64,000 nt of DNA from Bacillota bacterium (GCA_012522585.1 JAAYKD010000049.1:2808-66807); one strand, 5' to 3'; positions 19,671 to 29,418 are shown, counted from the first letter of the stretch. Notes: generated by a model not told the origin, from the sequence alone. Numbers and translations: made by a program.

Positions 19671-21119
19671 TCATTTATACTTCAAATAGATTTGCAAAGC
19701 AATCAGGATAAAAAAGGCTAGGGATATTAAGATTGTGGTAAATCGATACAAGACTGCTTGCTTTCTGGGGTTTTCCTTGAAGGGCAGTATTTTAATCCCC
19801 TGATTGATCCTTTCTATTTCAACCTCTTCCAGATTTTCTGCATCTAGATCCCAATAATCTAAAAGGCGTTTCTGAGCGATCGCTCCGCTTCCTAAAACTA
19901 AATTCTTTTCCTGCTCAGATTCCAAAATCTCTGCTTCGTCTCTTTCTTCCGGAAATGGGTCTATGGTGGCAAAAGGCATCCTTTCCTCTTGCTCCAACTC
20001 CTGAGCTTTGATTCTCTCCAACAAAAGTCTTTCCCGCTCCTGCTCCTGCAAAAACAGCATGCCCTCGACGGAAGTTCTGGGGACTCTTCGAGTCAAGCTT
20101 TCTTGAGTGACCGGATGAATATAGGGAACTTCAAGATAGAGCTCCGGATTTTGCTGCCAATCCCTAGGCTCAGAAGATGCTACTTCAGCCTCGGGTTCTT
20201 TGGAAGTTTGACCAATTTGAAGGGGATGATCTTCCTGGTCTTCTGACTGCCCCTCCGGGTAGATATAAATACTTGTCGGGTCGTATTCTTCAATTTCTTG
20301 AAAACCCGATGCTTCTATCACTGAAAAATCAGCTGTCTCCTTATTTAAACCAGACGGATTATCCTGATCGAAAAAATCAGCTGCACCGGTAATGTCATCT
20401 TCGACAGCCAAAACCTGTTGATTCAAGGCCTTGGCTAAATCGATTGAATTTTCCAGACCAACTCGATTTTGAATTTCTTCTGCCAAATCTTCTGTCTGAA
20501 CAATCTCCTCGAGCAAGGCTTCATCAGATTCAGCTGTTTGATCTCTATCGATTGAATTTCCGAGACCGACCTGAGCTTGAATTTCCTCTGCTAAATCCTC
20601 TGTCTGAACAATCTCTGCAGGCAAAGCAGCTTGAGCTTCAATTGTTGGAACAGGCTCGATTAGAGGATCCGGGTCAACAGATTCATGATCAAGAGATTCT
20701 AAATCGGCATTAATCAAAGCAGCTTTGAGCTGATCCGAATCTTCCACATGGAAATGGGATTTCAAATCATTCGTATCTTCCGAGTCAGAAAATTCTACTT
20801 TCCCCTTCGACAAACTTTTTTCTTCGGATGAGAAAGGATCCGGCATGATCAAACCGGCATATTCCAACTTTGCTTGCCAGGACTCTCTTCGCAAATCAGC
20901 TGATCTGGGGCGAAATCTTTTCTTTTTACTTTCGACTAAAGGTGTTCTTCTAGGTCTTTCAATCTTTTTCTGGCCGGCACTTCCCGATTGATATGAAGCT
21001 AAAATTCTCTTGCAAGTATCGCATTTTTGAACATGTTCTTGAAAACGAATTAGCTCAGCCGGAGTAAGCTGATCATTTAGATAGGCCGGAATTTTACTTC
21101 TGATCCAAGCACATTGCAT
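19671..21119 (-). CDS. Zinc-finger (HC2-type, anti-sigma-like N-terminus), highly acidic, C-terminally tail-anchored protein
   Basis: N-terminus 'HVQKCDTCKRIL'. About 350 aa are rich in D/E/Q with an internal 36-aa tandem repeat. A single TM helix lies at the extreme C-terminus (FTTILISLAFFILIALQIYL). Confidence 0.55.
   Translation of the reverse strand: MQCAWIRSKIPAYLNDQLTPAELIRFQEHVQKCDTCKRILASYQSGSAGQKKIERPRRTPLVESKKKRFRPRSADLRRESWQAKLEYAGLIMPDPFSSEEKSLSKGKVEFSDSEDTNDLKSHFHVEDSDQLKAALINADLESLDHESVDPDPLIEPVPTIEAQAALPAEIVQTEDLAEEIQAQVGLGNSIDRDQTAESDEALLEEIVQTEDLAEEIQNRVGLENSIDLAKALNQQVLAVEDDITGAADFFDQDNPSGLNKETADFSVIEASGFQEIEEYDPTSIYIYPEGQSEDQEDHPLQIGQTSKEPEAEVASSEPRDWQQNPELYLEVPYIHPVTQESLTRRVPRTSVEGMLFLQEQERERLLLERIKAQELEQEERMPFATIDPFPEERDEAEILESEQEKNLVLGSGAIAQKRLLDYWDLDAENLEEVEIERINQGIKILPFKENPRKQAVLYRFTTILISLAFFILIALQIYLKYK
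20439..20615. repeat. Two tandem copies of a 108-bp unit, 69 bp nearly identical (20439-20507 and 20547-20615), inside the acidic-protein gene
   Basis: atcgattgaatt…ctgtctgaacaatctc occurs twice. The unit encodes EIVQTEDLAEEIQ..VGL.NSID twice. Confidence 0.8.
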
Positions 21120-21133
21120 CGAGCCTACCTCCT

Positions 21134-23503
21134 TTAATCGTCTAGACCTTGTGGTCGAATTCTAATAGTTTCATTATTAGCCAAGGACCTGCGCACAATA
21201 TTGCCCGGAACCACAGTGCGCAATTCTCTGTGAGCTTCCGGTTCTCCGTGAACAAAAAGAGCAACCCTGGGATTGAGCAATTCTAAAGCTTTCAAAACAT
21301 CACTGCGGGCAGCCATGCCCGGCCATTGATAATAGAGCAACTCTGCTTTTCTGGCCGGAATGACCCTCCAGTGATTCTCCAACTCGCTTCTCAAATCAAC
21401 AAAACCGTCGTTCATGGCAGGTAAGAAGATAGCTGAAGCAGGGTCAGCCAAGATTTCCTTTAAGTACTGAAAACCAGGAGCCGCTTCTTTGAGCATCGAG
21501 CTATTGACAATCAGACAAGCCGCTTGGTCGCCTAAGCGATAACGATTATTTTCTGTCAATTTAGAATAGGACCATTGCAAGCTATAGGCAGCATCTAGGC
21601 TGGGCTCTTTGGGAGAATCGGGGGGGCTGATTTCTTCAATGATCTTTAAATATTTTTCGATTCTGCCATCGATATAAAAGGGGACCTTGGAGATCAGGCC
21701 ATCGCTGACGCCTCGGCGCAACATTGCCAAAATAGAGCTTTCACGCCCTATTTCGTTGACCGGAAAGAGTGCGATTCCCCCTCGCAACAAGACTTCTTCA
21801 ATTTTCTCCAACATGACTTCTTCCATCTCAAATCGATTGAATTTCGAATACTGAGCCAAAGTCAGGTTGAGCAAGGCCACATCGTAATCCTTTTGAGGCC
21901 AAGCAGCGGCTTTGGCGATCCTCTCCTCGTGGAGAGCAAAATCCGCGCTAATGAAAATAGAGTTTTCAGAGCTGTCCAAAGAGAAACTAGCTGCCCCGGG
22001 TAAATATCCGGCGGGGTATAAGGTAACACTGAAATCGTCTCGAAAGGGGTAATGGGCTTCTTGCCAAGGAATACCTCTGTAGACTACATTCTTTATCTCT
22101 TCTTCTGTATAAATCGGACCGTCAGCCAATTCCCCCTGTTGGCTCATGGCCTTGAACAAATGGGGTAAGAGTTTGGCCGTTTCAATGGAAGTCCAAACCG
22201 GAACTCCCGGCCATAGCTTGCTCAAATAGGGCAAGGCTCCAATATGGCGATAATTTGCCCTGCTGAGTAAGATCAAATCGGGCCTGGGTGCTGAAGCATA
22301 ATCAGGAAAGCGCTCTACCCCTTGATCTAGTCTGAGGCCTGCATCGATCAAGATTCTCTTATTGTTTTCAACTATTTCTAAAATATAGGCAGCTGCATCA
22401 TTGTCGTTTCCTCCGGCTATAGCCTTGACTAAAACATGGCTGCTTCCGGCTGAATTTGAAGTTTTTCCAGTCTGAGGGTAGAGATAATGGTGCCAATCAG
22501 TGTAATCAGTTTGATCCACCATCAAAAGGGGCACATTGTTGACCATAGGTCTGCCGGGTATGGGGTCTTTAGGCTGTCGTCTTAGAGTCAGCCTAGGGTC
22601 TCGAGCAATTTTATCGCCGTCGATAGTCTTCTTTATCGGTTCGACTTTTTCAATCGGCTCTTCCGTTTTAACTTCCGCTTGGGCAATCTCGGCTGCTTCA
22701 TCCTGAGCCAATTTTTCCACCTGATTTTCCGGCTCTTCTTCTACTGCTTGAGGCTCGATAGAATCGAAAAGAGCAATTTGATTCTCCTGAGGATTTCTTC
22801 TGGCATGAAGCTCCTCTTCCAACCAAGGATACTTCGCTTTGGCCTCGGCAATCAATTTTTGCTGTCTTTTCATGGCTTCTTTAATACCGTTTTGTAAGGC
22901 TAAGGCTCTTATTTTGATCTCTTCTTCAGCATATTCGGCTAAAAGATCGAAGTTTTCCCAAAGCAATTGCAGATGCTCTGACTCGATTTCCAAGTTTTCA
23001 TAATCGTCAATTAGACCTGAATGCTTGGCTGAGCGAAGAATTTTATTTTCGTAACGCAAGCGCAAATACAGGACCAGAAGCTGATCGGAAAAAAGAGCAT
23101 CTTCATAGATAATGGATTTTATTTTTTCATTTTCTTCCAGGGGCTGATCATCCGCCTCTTGATCCTCTGTGTCTACAGCTTTCGGCACAGGCTCTTCTTG
23201 GGGAGCTGGGGATTTTATCACTTCGCCTTTTCCATTTTCCTTGGACCAACGGAAATTTTTTCCATCTTGAAAATTGTTTTGCAAAAGATTCTGCAAATAG
23301 AGATCAGCATTTTCATTTCTTTCAAAAATCTCCATGGCTTGTTGCAGAGTAACATCGGCTTTAGTCAAATTAACCTGTTCTTTAGGATCAATGATCTTTT
23401 TCTTCCCTTTGCTACTTTGGGCAGACCTGTTATTCTTTTGCGATCTGGCTTCGATTATCTCAGCAAATTTTTGATTCCTGGACCGTTTCTTGCTGTTTGC
23501 CAT
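21134..23503 (-). CDS. Large multidomain protein: K/R-rich N-terminus, acidic coiled-coil middle, and a C-terminal degenerate beta-CASP/MBL-fold domain (predicted pseudo-nuclease)
   Basis: The C-terminus has 'ILIDAG', 'FISADF' and the terminal 'ALFVHGEPEAH' of the MBL/beta-CASP fold, but HxHxDH is replaced by 'SRANYRH'. A GGGGTGGT RBS precedes the ATG at 23503. Confidence 0.5.
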   Translation of the reverse strand: MANSKKRSRNQKFAEIIEARSQKNNRSAQSSKGKKKIIDPKEQVNLTKADVTLQQAMEIFERNENADLYLQNLLQNNFQDGKNFRWSKENGKGEVIKSPAPQEEPVPKAVDTEDQEADDQPLEENEKIKSIIYEDALFSDQLLVLYLRLRYENKILRSAKHSGLIDDYENLEIESEHLQLLWENFDLLAEYAEEEIKIRALALQNGIKEAMKRQQKLIAEAKAKYPWLEEELHARRNPQENQIALFDSIEPQAVEEEPENQVEKLAQDEAAEIAQAEVKTEEPIEKVEPIKKTIDGDKIARDPRLTLRRQPKDPIPGRPMVNNVPLLMVDQTDYTDWHHYLYPQTGKTSNSAGSSHVLVKAIAGGNDNDAAAYILEIVENNKRILIDAGLRLDQGVERFPDYASAPRPDLILLSRANYRHIGALPYLSKLWPGVPVWTSIETAKLLPHLFKAMSQQGELADGPIYTEEEIKNVVYRGIPWQEAHYPFRDDFSVTLYPAGYLPGAASFSLDSSENSIFISADFALHEERIAKAAAWPQKDYDVALLNLTLAQYSKFNRFEMEEVMLEKIEEVLLRGGIALFPVNEIGRESSILAMLRRGVSDGLISKVPFYIDGRIEKYLKIIEEISPPDSPKEPSLDAAYSLQWSYSKLTENNRYRLGDQAACLIVNSSMLKEAAPGFQYLKEILADPASAIFLPAMNDGFVDLRSELENHWRVIPARKAELLYYQWPGMAARSDVLKALELLNPRVALFVHGEPEAHRELRTVVPGNIVRRSLANNETIRIRPQGLDD

Positions 23504-23516
23504 TTTACCACCCCAT

Positions 23517-24395
23517 TTAAATATCGGCTTTTTCATTTAGAATCAGTCGCAGTTCCTCCGGTGTAAATTCATAACGTTGTCGACAGAAATGGCAAATCAT
23601 CTCAGTCTCTTCTTCCTTGGCAATCATGTCTTCCAATTCGGATACTTCCAAGGTTCCTAAAAGATCCTTCAATCTTTCTCGATTGCAAGTGCATCTAAAT
23701 TCCACATCCCTTTTCTCTAGGATCTCAAATTCATCAGGATTGAAGATCTTTGAGAGAAGATACTCGGGTCTGTCGTTTTCTTTTAAAAGAGTCGTCACAT
23801 TGGGAAAATCGGTCAGCCTTCTTTCGATATCAGGAACAATCTCGTCAGGCGCCCCGGGTAAAAGCTGGATCAAATAGCCTCCTGCAACTTCAACCTGGCT
23901 ATCAGTTCCCACTAAAACACCCAAAGCTAAGACAGTTGGAGTCTGTTCTGAGACAGCATAATAATAAGCTAAATCGGTGGCGATTTCTCCGCTTTGAATA
24001 GGCACCTGACCTACATAAGGTTCGCCTAAGCCTAAATCCTTGCTGACAATTAAATTGCCTTGACCAACCGCTCCACCCACATTCAATTTGCCATCAAAGG
24101 TTGGAGGCAGATGAACTTGAGGTTCTTGAACATAGCCCCTGACTTGTTGTTCGGCGTTAGCGTCGACTATAACTGCACCAACAGGCCCATCCCCTAAAAA
24201 GCGAATGGTCAGTTTCTGTTCGTCCTGCAAAGAAGCGGACATCAACAATCCACCGATTAAAGCTCGACCTAAAACAGCAGTTGCTGTGGGCCAAGTTTCA
24301 TGACGCATTCGGGCTGTTTCAACGGTTCCCTTGGCGCTTATGGCAATTATTCGCAAATTATTGTCCAGAGCAGTTCCTATGATCATTTTATCCAT
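23517..24395 (-). CDS. hslO: Redox-regulated chaperone Hsp33
   Basis: 292 aa with C-terminal CxC…CxxC zinc centres (CTCNRE…CHFCRQ) and an Hsp33-like N-domain. Confidence 0.9.
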   Translation of the reverse strand: MDKMIIGTALDNNLRIIAISAKGTVETARMRHETWPTATAVLGRALIGGLLMSASLQDEQKLTIRFLGDGPVGAVIVDANAEQQVRGYVQEPQVHLPPTFDGKLNVGGAVGQGNLIVSKDLGLGEPYVGQVPIQSGEIATDLAYYYAVSEQTPTVLALGVLVGTDSQVEVAGGYLIQLLPGAPDEIVPDIERRLTDFPNVTTLLKENDRPEYLLSKIFNPDEFEILEKRDVEFRCTCNRERLKDLLGTLEVSELEDMIAKEEETEMICHFCRQRYEFTPEELRLILNEKADI

Positions 24396-24507
24396 ATTTT
24401 TGATTCCTTTCGATTAAAGAAAATTTTTTATTAATAATCTTACTTCCTCTTTTTACCCTAAAAAACCTTCAGAGCCACTCTCAATTATTGAAAATGACTC
24501 TGTTTTA

Positions 24508-25893
24508 TTATTCATATTCTAAAATTATTTCGTTTTTCCCTGGCAACCAATGAACTTCTATGCCAAATGCCTCAGCCACTGCCCGCAAAGGAATCATGGT
24601 GCGCCAAGTTTGCTGATCGATATAAGGGGCCATATCCAATTGGACTTCTTCTTCATCGACCAGCATGCTGGTGGAATCTATAGCCAGTTCAATGACTTTG
24701 TTTTTATAAGAGGAGATTATTTTTTGATCTTCCTCTTGATAGACTACTCTGGCTCCCAAAGCTTGGAAAATCATCCGCAAAGGGACGAAAGTTCTATTTA
24801 CATCGGTAATAATCGGTTTTGCATCCGGAAATAGAACCCTGGAATTTTTATTTAAGAGAACGAATATTTCATCATTTAAATGTCGGTGATTGAAGACAAA
24901 AGCATCGGCACTGGTTCCGCTTAAAGCTGTACCACCAAAATGCTCTGTCCTGATCCTGTATTGGCTGGCTTCAACACCATAAGAAGTGATCACATAACCC
25001 CAATCGTTTAAGGCTGCAAAAAAGTTTGAGGCAACTACGCGCTCCTGATCTGTGTAGACAAAATGGGTCGGATCGGCCGGTAACCAACCGATACCGTCAA
25101 CAAAAAACTCTACCCAGGCATGAGCTACCTCATTGCCGTTGACATTGGGCTTGCCCTGATGTTCATTTAAAATATAACCGCCGATCATCCGGGAGGGAAT
25201 ACCGCTGGCTCGCATGAGTGCGACTGTCAAGGAGGCAAAATCGGTACAAATGCCCCGCTGATTGTAAAAAGCTGAAATACTTCCCTTTCTGGCATATTGA
25301 TTGGATTCGTCATATTCCATCTGGGTATTCACATAAGAAAATATATTATAGGCCTGATTCAATACATCTTGCTGATCATTGCTCAAAGCAAGAGCTAATT
25401 CTTTGATCCCCTGATGATTAGGTTCAATATACTTCTCTTCTTTTAAATACTCTTTTTTTATTTCCGCAGGAAGAAATTTTTGAGAATTATCGCCACTCTT
25501 TTTTATTTCTTGTTCTAATCGGTTCATTGAATACTTTTTATTTGTCTTGCTGAGCAAATTGCACTCATAAATAATATCTATACTTTGACCCTTCTCTAAG
25601 CTAGGCAATTTGATCAAAGCATATCTGTTTCCCCTTTGGTCACAAAAGATTTTTTCCGGTCTGGGTGTAATTCTCTCTTCGAAGATGTCCTGATATTCTG
25701 CAGAATAGGCAGACAATAATAAAATCTCTATTTCGCCAACAAAATCCTCTTCAACTCCCGTATTCAAGACCCGGGTTATCCTACGATAATGGAGTATTTG
25801 CTCTCCTCCTTGGGCTGCCTTGATAATTTGAGGAAAAGCAGAACTGATTATAACAATTATTAAAAGAATGAGAAAAAAACGAGAATGTTTCAT
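24508..25893 (-). CDS. Secreted transglutaminase-like cysteine protease domain protein with C-terminal copper-amine-oxidase N-domain-like repeats
   Basis: Signal peptide, transglutaminase core 'GICTDFASLTVALMRASGIPSRMIGGY', and two C-terminal 'PLR…A..G' repeats. Confidence 0.7.
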   Translation of the reverse strand: MKHSRFFLILLIIVIISSAFPQIIKAAQGGEQILHYRRITRVLNTGVEEDFVGEIEILLLSAYSAEYQDIFEERITPRPEKIFCDQRGNRYALIKLPSLEKGQSIDIIYECNLLSKTNKKYSMNRLEQEIKKSGDNSQKFLPAEIKKEYLKEEKYIEPNHQGIKELALALSNDQQDVLNQAYNIFSYVNTQMEYDESNQYARKGSISAFYNQRGICTDFASLTVALMRASGIPSRMIGGYILNEHQGKPNVNGNEVAHAWVEFFVDGIGWLPADPTHFVYTDQERVVASNFFAALNDWGYVITSYGVEASQYRIRTEHFGGTALSGTSADAFVFNHRHLNDEIFVLLNKNSRVLFPDAKPIITDVNRTFVPLRMIFQALGARVVYQEEDQKIISSYKNKVIELAIDSTSMLVDEEEVQLDMAPYIDQQTWRTMIPLRAVAEAFGIEVHWLPGKNEIILEYE

Positions 25894-25909
25894 CTATACC
25901 CCCTGTATG

Positions 25910-26890
25910 CTATTGCAAAATTTCTGCTTGAGTAAAAAGAGCGCCATAGCCACCTGTGTGGAAAATGCAGATCTTTTGATCGCCAGAAATCTCACCTAGC
26001 TTGGCTTTTTCTAAAAGCCCGGCCAGAGTTTTACCCCCATAAACCTGCTCAAGAAAAATCCCTTCTCTGGCTGCTAAAGATCTGATCGCAGCCCTGCTTT
26101 GGGCTGTGGGTTCTGCGTAGCCTGAGCCTAGAGTGTCGTCGCTGAGCAGAGCAAATCGGGAATAGTGTTTTTGGGGTTCGATTCCGGTCAACTCAATCAA
26201 CTGCAACCAGATTTCTTCAATCTTTTTTTCCATAATCTTGAGGGGATATTCTACCGAGATCACATGAACTTTAAAAGGTGCATCGAGCAGAGCCGTTCCA
26301 TATAAAAAACCTGTTGCTGTAATATTCATGGCTCCGACTATGAAGACATGATCAAACTTTAATCCTAAGGATTGTGCTTGTTCCACCAATTCAAAAGCAC
26401 TGTCAGCATAGCCCAGTGCTCCTAAAGCTGGGTCTCCAATCAAATAAGGTCTAAAGCCTTGCTCCCGCAATCTATTCACTTCTTGAGCAACCTGGATATT
26501 TCTTTCCTCTTCACTGATCGCTCCTAAAAAGACAGCTTGAGCTCCTAGCAAATCGTTGAGTAAAAGATTACCTTCCAACTTTTCAGGTTTCTGATCATTG
26601 TGGTAGATGCGACAATTTAAATTCAATTTTGCACAGGCCGCAGCCGTCAAACGGCACTGATTGCTCTGTAAACCTCCTGCTGCAATGATTAAATCTGCTC
26701 CTTCCTTTTTAGCTTGGGCCAACCAATATTCCAAATTCCTCAATTTGTTGCCGCCTAAGCCTAAGAGCATAGAATCGTCTCTTTTCATATAGAGGTTATC
26801 AAAACCATGATGCCGGCCAAAATTTTCCAGCTTTTGCAAAGGGGTTGGCTTCTCAAAAAGCTTTACCTTATCAAACTGATAGAACTGCAT
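25910..26890 (-). CDS. PLP-dependent D-cysteine desulfhydrase/ACC deaminase family protein
   Basis: 'GGNKLRNLEYWL' lysine motif. 326 aa. Confidence 0.8.
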   Translation of the reverse strand: MQFYQFDKVKLFEKPTPLQKLENFGRHHGFDNLYMKRDDSMLLGLGGNKLRNLEYWLAQAKKEGADLIIAAGGLQSNQCRLTAAACAKLNLNCRIYHNDQKPEKLEGNLLLNDLLGAQAVFLGAISEEERNIQVAQEVNRLREQGFRPYLIGDPALGALGYADSAFELVEQAQSLGLKFDHVFIVGAMNITATGFLYGTALLDAPFKVHVISVEYPLKIMEKKIEEIWLQLIELTGIEPQKHYSRFALLSDDTLGSGYAEPTAQSRAAIRSLAAREGIFLEQVYGGKTLAGLLEKAKLGEISGDQKICIFHTGGYGALFTQAEILQ

Positions 26891-26918
26891 TGTCTTTTCC
26901 GCCTCTTTTTCTTTATTT

Positions 26919-27572
26919 TTAAAAATCTTTAGGAAGAAGTCCCTGCCATATTAACAAGAGCAAGCCAGTTTCAAAGCTAATCTGGGCCTGCTCCTCTAAA
27001 AATTGATTGGACAAACCGCGGCTAGCCCCGATATAGAGGTTTTCCTGCTCCAGTGGATAAAACAATCCCTCTGTTTTTATATTTGTGACCACCGAAGTGA
27101 GAGGGATCAGCGAAACTATACCTTTACCTAAAATCCGATAATTTCCCGGCCCACAGAGGCGCAGAAAAAAACCATCTGCATAAATTAGAGCATCGATATT
27201 TATCTCTAAAAGCCGATGTAAAAGAGCTAAATTACCCAGGCTATGATCAGGCCTATTGCCCCCCCAAGCGCCTAAAAAAAGCAGGGATTGACAGCCTTCT
27301 TTCAAGGCCAAGTCCAGGGCAATTTCAGCATCAGTCAGATCCTTTTGCTCAGGCCAATTCTCAATGACAACCTGCCAATCTGTTGCAATTTTTAATAAGG
27401 ATTGGTCTAAGGAATCAAAATCACCCACCAAAAAATCCGGTTTGATCTGTAAATCGACTAAATTCTTAAAGCCTCCGTCGGCGGCGATAATCAAATCATC
27501 ACTGCGAAACTCAAAGTTTGGTGGCAATTTTTCAAATTCCCCGGCCAAAAAAACAATTGCTCTTTTCTTCAT
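26919..27572 (-). CDS. Thiamine pyrophosphokinase
   Basis: 'GDFDS' motif and a C-terminal thiamine-binding-like domain. AGGAG sits 6 nt before the ATG at 27572; the ORF-track start at 27635 has no RBS. Confidence 0.75.
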   Translation of the reverse strand: MKKRAIVFLAGEFEKLPPNFEFRSDDLIIAADGGFKNLVDLQIKPDFLVGDFDSLDQSLLKIATDWQVVIENWPEQKDLTDAEIALDLALKEGCQSLLFLGAWGGNRPDHSLGNLALLHRLLEINIDALIYADGFFLRLCGPGNYRILGKGIVSLIPLTSVVTNIKTEGLFYPLEQENLYIGASRGLSNQFLEEQAQISFETGLLLLIWQGLLPKDF

Positions 27573-27647
27573 ATGCGGACTCCTAAAAAACCTGTGATCA
27601 AAAAAGGAGATATTTTCCCCAAGTTTTGAAACCACAGGCTTGATTTA

Positions 27648-28514
27648 TTAAAATTCTTCTCTTTGGCTGACTTGTATGATATTTTCCATTTCTAAATCTT
27701 CGATCTCTTCCATGGATTTTTCCAAAGCCATGAGTTCTTGGGTCAATTGACTCAATTCGAAACGCAGGCTTTCCTGACCCCAAGTCGTGGTATTGATCAG
27801 TCTGGCTCTTAAACTGGAAAGGGCACTCTCCAGGGTATCTAAATGAGCTTGCAAGAGAATACTGCTTTGACGGACTCTTTCCAGAGCTTTCAATTCCTGC
27901 TCCTTAAATTCAGCCGCTCGCCTGTATTGCAGCCCTGCTTCAAAACTGACAGCATGCTCAGCTTGGCGCAAAAGCCGGTCTGCTTCTTCTCTGATGGCTT
28001 GTAAATTTGAACTTTCCAAAAGAGAAGCGAGCCTTTGGTCTCGGTTTAAAAGCTCATAATAGCCTAGAAAACCGTTGATTGACTGAGTTAAAACTTCTTG
28101 GGTCAGAGGTTCATGCAAATCTTCGATGCGATTGAAATCAGCAAACATTTCCCTTTCCAGTTTGCGAATTCTATCGTAACGATTGCGCTGATAATTTGGC
28201 CTGGTTCGCTGCCTTTCGTATTTTCTCGAAGCTTCTCTTAAAGTTTTTTGTAAATCCGTTAGATTTTTTATGGTCCATTCTTTTTGGACCTTTTCCTTAA
28301 ATTCTTCTGAGAAAAGTGTTTTTAACCAAATCGAAATAAGGCCTATGCCTCCCGCTGCCAAAATAGCCAATCTCAGGGGCAAAAAAATCCAGGGGAGGCT
28401 AATGCCTCCACTGAAATTAATTACACCAATGATGGTTGCGATGACAATTAGAAAGGTCGCAGGCCTTAAAATCAAGGATTTTAAGTAATACGAAACCGGC
28501 GGCGATTTAATCAC
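27648..28514 (-). CDS. Membrane-anchored coiled-coil protein, partner of PspA (product unknown)
   Basis: Two N-terminal TM helices followed by about 200 aa of coiled coil. Its GTG start overlaps the pspA stop by 8 nt. Confidence 0.5.
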   Translation of the reverse strand: MIKSPPVSYYLKSLILRPATFLIVIATIIGVINFSGGISLPWIFLPLRLAILAAGGIGLISIWLKTLFSEEFKEKVQKEWTIKNLTDLQKTLREASRKYERQRTRPNYQRNRYDRIRKLEREMFADFNRIEDLHEPLTQEVLTQSINGFLGYYELLNRDQRLASLLESSNLQAIREEADRLLRQAEHAVSFEAGLQYRRAAEFKEQELKALERVRQSSILLQAHLDTLESALSSLRARLINTTTWGQESLRFELSQLTQELMALEKSMEEIEDLEMENIIQVSQREEF

Positions 28515-29289
28515 TGGGCCCCATCTCCTGCTTAATTTTCTCTAAGCGTTCTTTTACTTGTTCTTCTTCCAGAGTTCCGGCTTTTTCCAAGACTTCGGTC
28601 TCACTGATTTCAGCTAAGCCCATCTGAGCTTTTAATTGGGTTAGGCGCTCTTGAGCCTGCAGGCTCTTCAGATCATCCTGTAAGTTTGTAAATTCTGCAT
28701 TTAAATTGATGCTACCCATTTCTGTCAGAGCTTCTGCCCTAGCTTGCTTTTCTTGTATCTTTTCTCTGGCTCTCTCCCATGAATCTTCTGTTGTTTCAAA
28801 GGAAATACCACTCAAGGCTTCGTTCAACTTTTCTGTAATCTGAGCTTGCTTCCATTGAGTTTGTAATTGCAATTTTTCTCTGTATTTTGCCTGAACCTGA
28901 GCCTCAAAAGCTTTGACCTGCTTTTTGACCAGTTCACTGGCTTCTGTAGCTTTTTCAAATTGAGCTTGCAAAGAAGCAACAGTATCTTCCGATGCGATCA
29001 TCTGTTGCATGACTTGTTCAGCTAAATCATCTCGGCCCATTTGCAGAGCTTGCTTGACTTGAGCTTCCATTGTTTTGTATTTTTGTTCCTCGTCCCGCAA
29101 CATCAATTCAACCTGATTCTTTTGTTGAATCACCTGGATTGCCTGTTTGCGCACTTGGCCTTGTTTAGCCCGCAATTCATTTTGGGCTGCTTCCAAAATT
29201 GCATTGGGATCTTCAATAGCACTGATCCCCATACCGAACCACCCTTTTATGGTAATCCATAAACGGTTTAATAAACCCATATTCTTCAC
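28507..29289 (-). CDS. pspA: PspA/IM30 (phage shock protein A / LiaH-like) family protein
   Basis: N-terminal amphipathic helix followed by coiled coil in the PspA/IM30 arrangement. There is an AAGGAG RBS. Confidence 0.8.
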   Translation of the reverse strand: MKNMGLLNRLWITIKGWFGMGISAIEDPNAILEAAQNELRAKQGQVRKQAIQVIQQKNQVELMLRDEEQKYKTMEAQVKQALQMGRDDLAEQVMQQMIASEDTVASLQAQFEKATEASELVKKQVKAFEAQVQAKYREKLQLQTQWKQAQITEKLNEALSGISFETTEDSWERAREKIQEKQARAEALTEMGSINLNAEFTNLQDDLKSLQAQERLTQLKAQMGLAEISETEVLEKAGTLEEEQVKERLEKIKQEMGPSD

Positions 29290-29376
29290 TCCTTAAATCA
29301 ATATATCCCTGTTAATATTTCTCTTTGAGCCTTGAATGTCCTTCTTCAATCTTAATTTTCTTGATTTAAATCTCAT

Positions 29377-29415
29377 AAAAAAAGAGCTCCGAGTCAATCG
29401 GAGCTCTTTTTTCTT
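29377..29415. terminator. Rho-independent terminator at the end of the FtsX/ABC operon
   Basis: aaaaaagagctccg-agtcaat-cggagctcttttttc. Confidence 0.8.
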
Positions 29416-29418
29416 TAT

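Noticed and set aside
19671-21119. Calling 19671..21119 a canonical anti-sigma factor (RsgI/RsiW-like)
   Set aside because: The TM helix is at the extreme C-terminus rather than central, and no sigma-factor gene is adjacent. Only the zinc-finger resemblance is retained.
21134-23503. Calling the 800-aa protein an active RNase J / beta-lactamase-fold nuclease
   Set aside because: The metal-binding HxHxDH motif and the motif-3 His are substituted, so only the fold and not the activity can be inferred.
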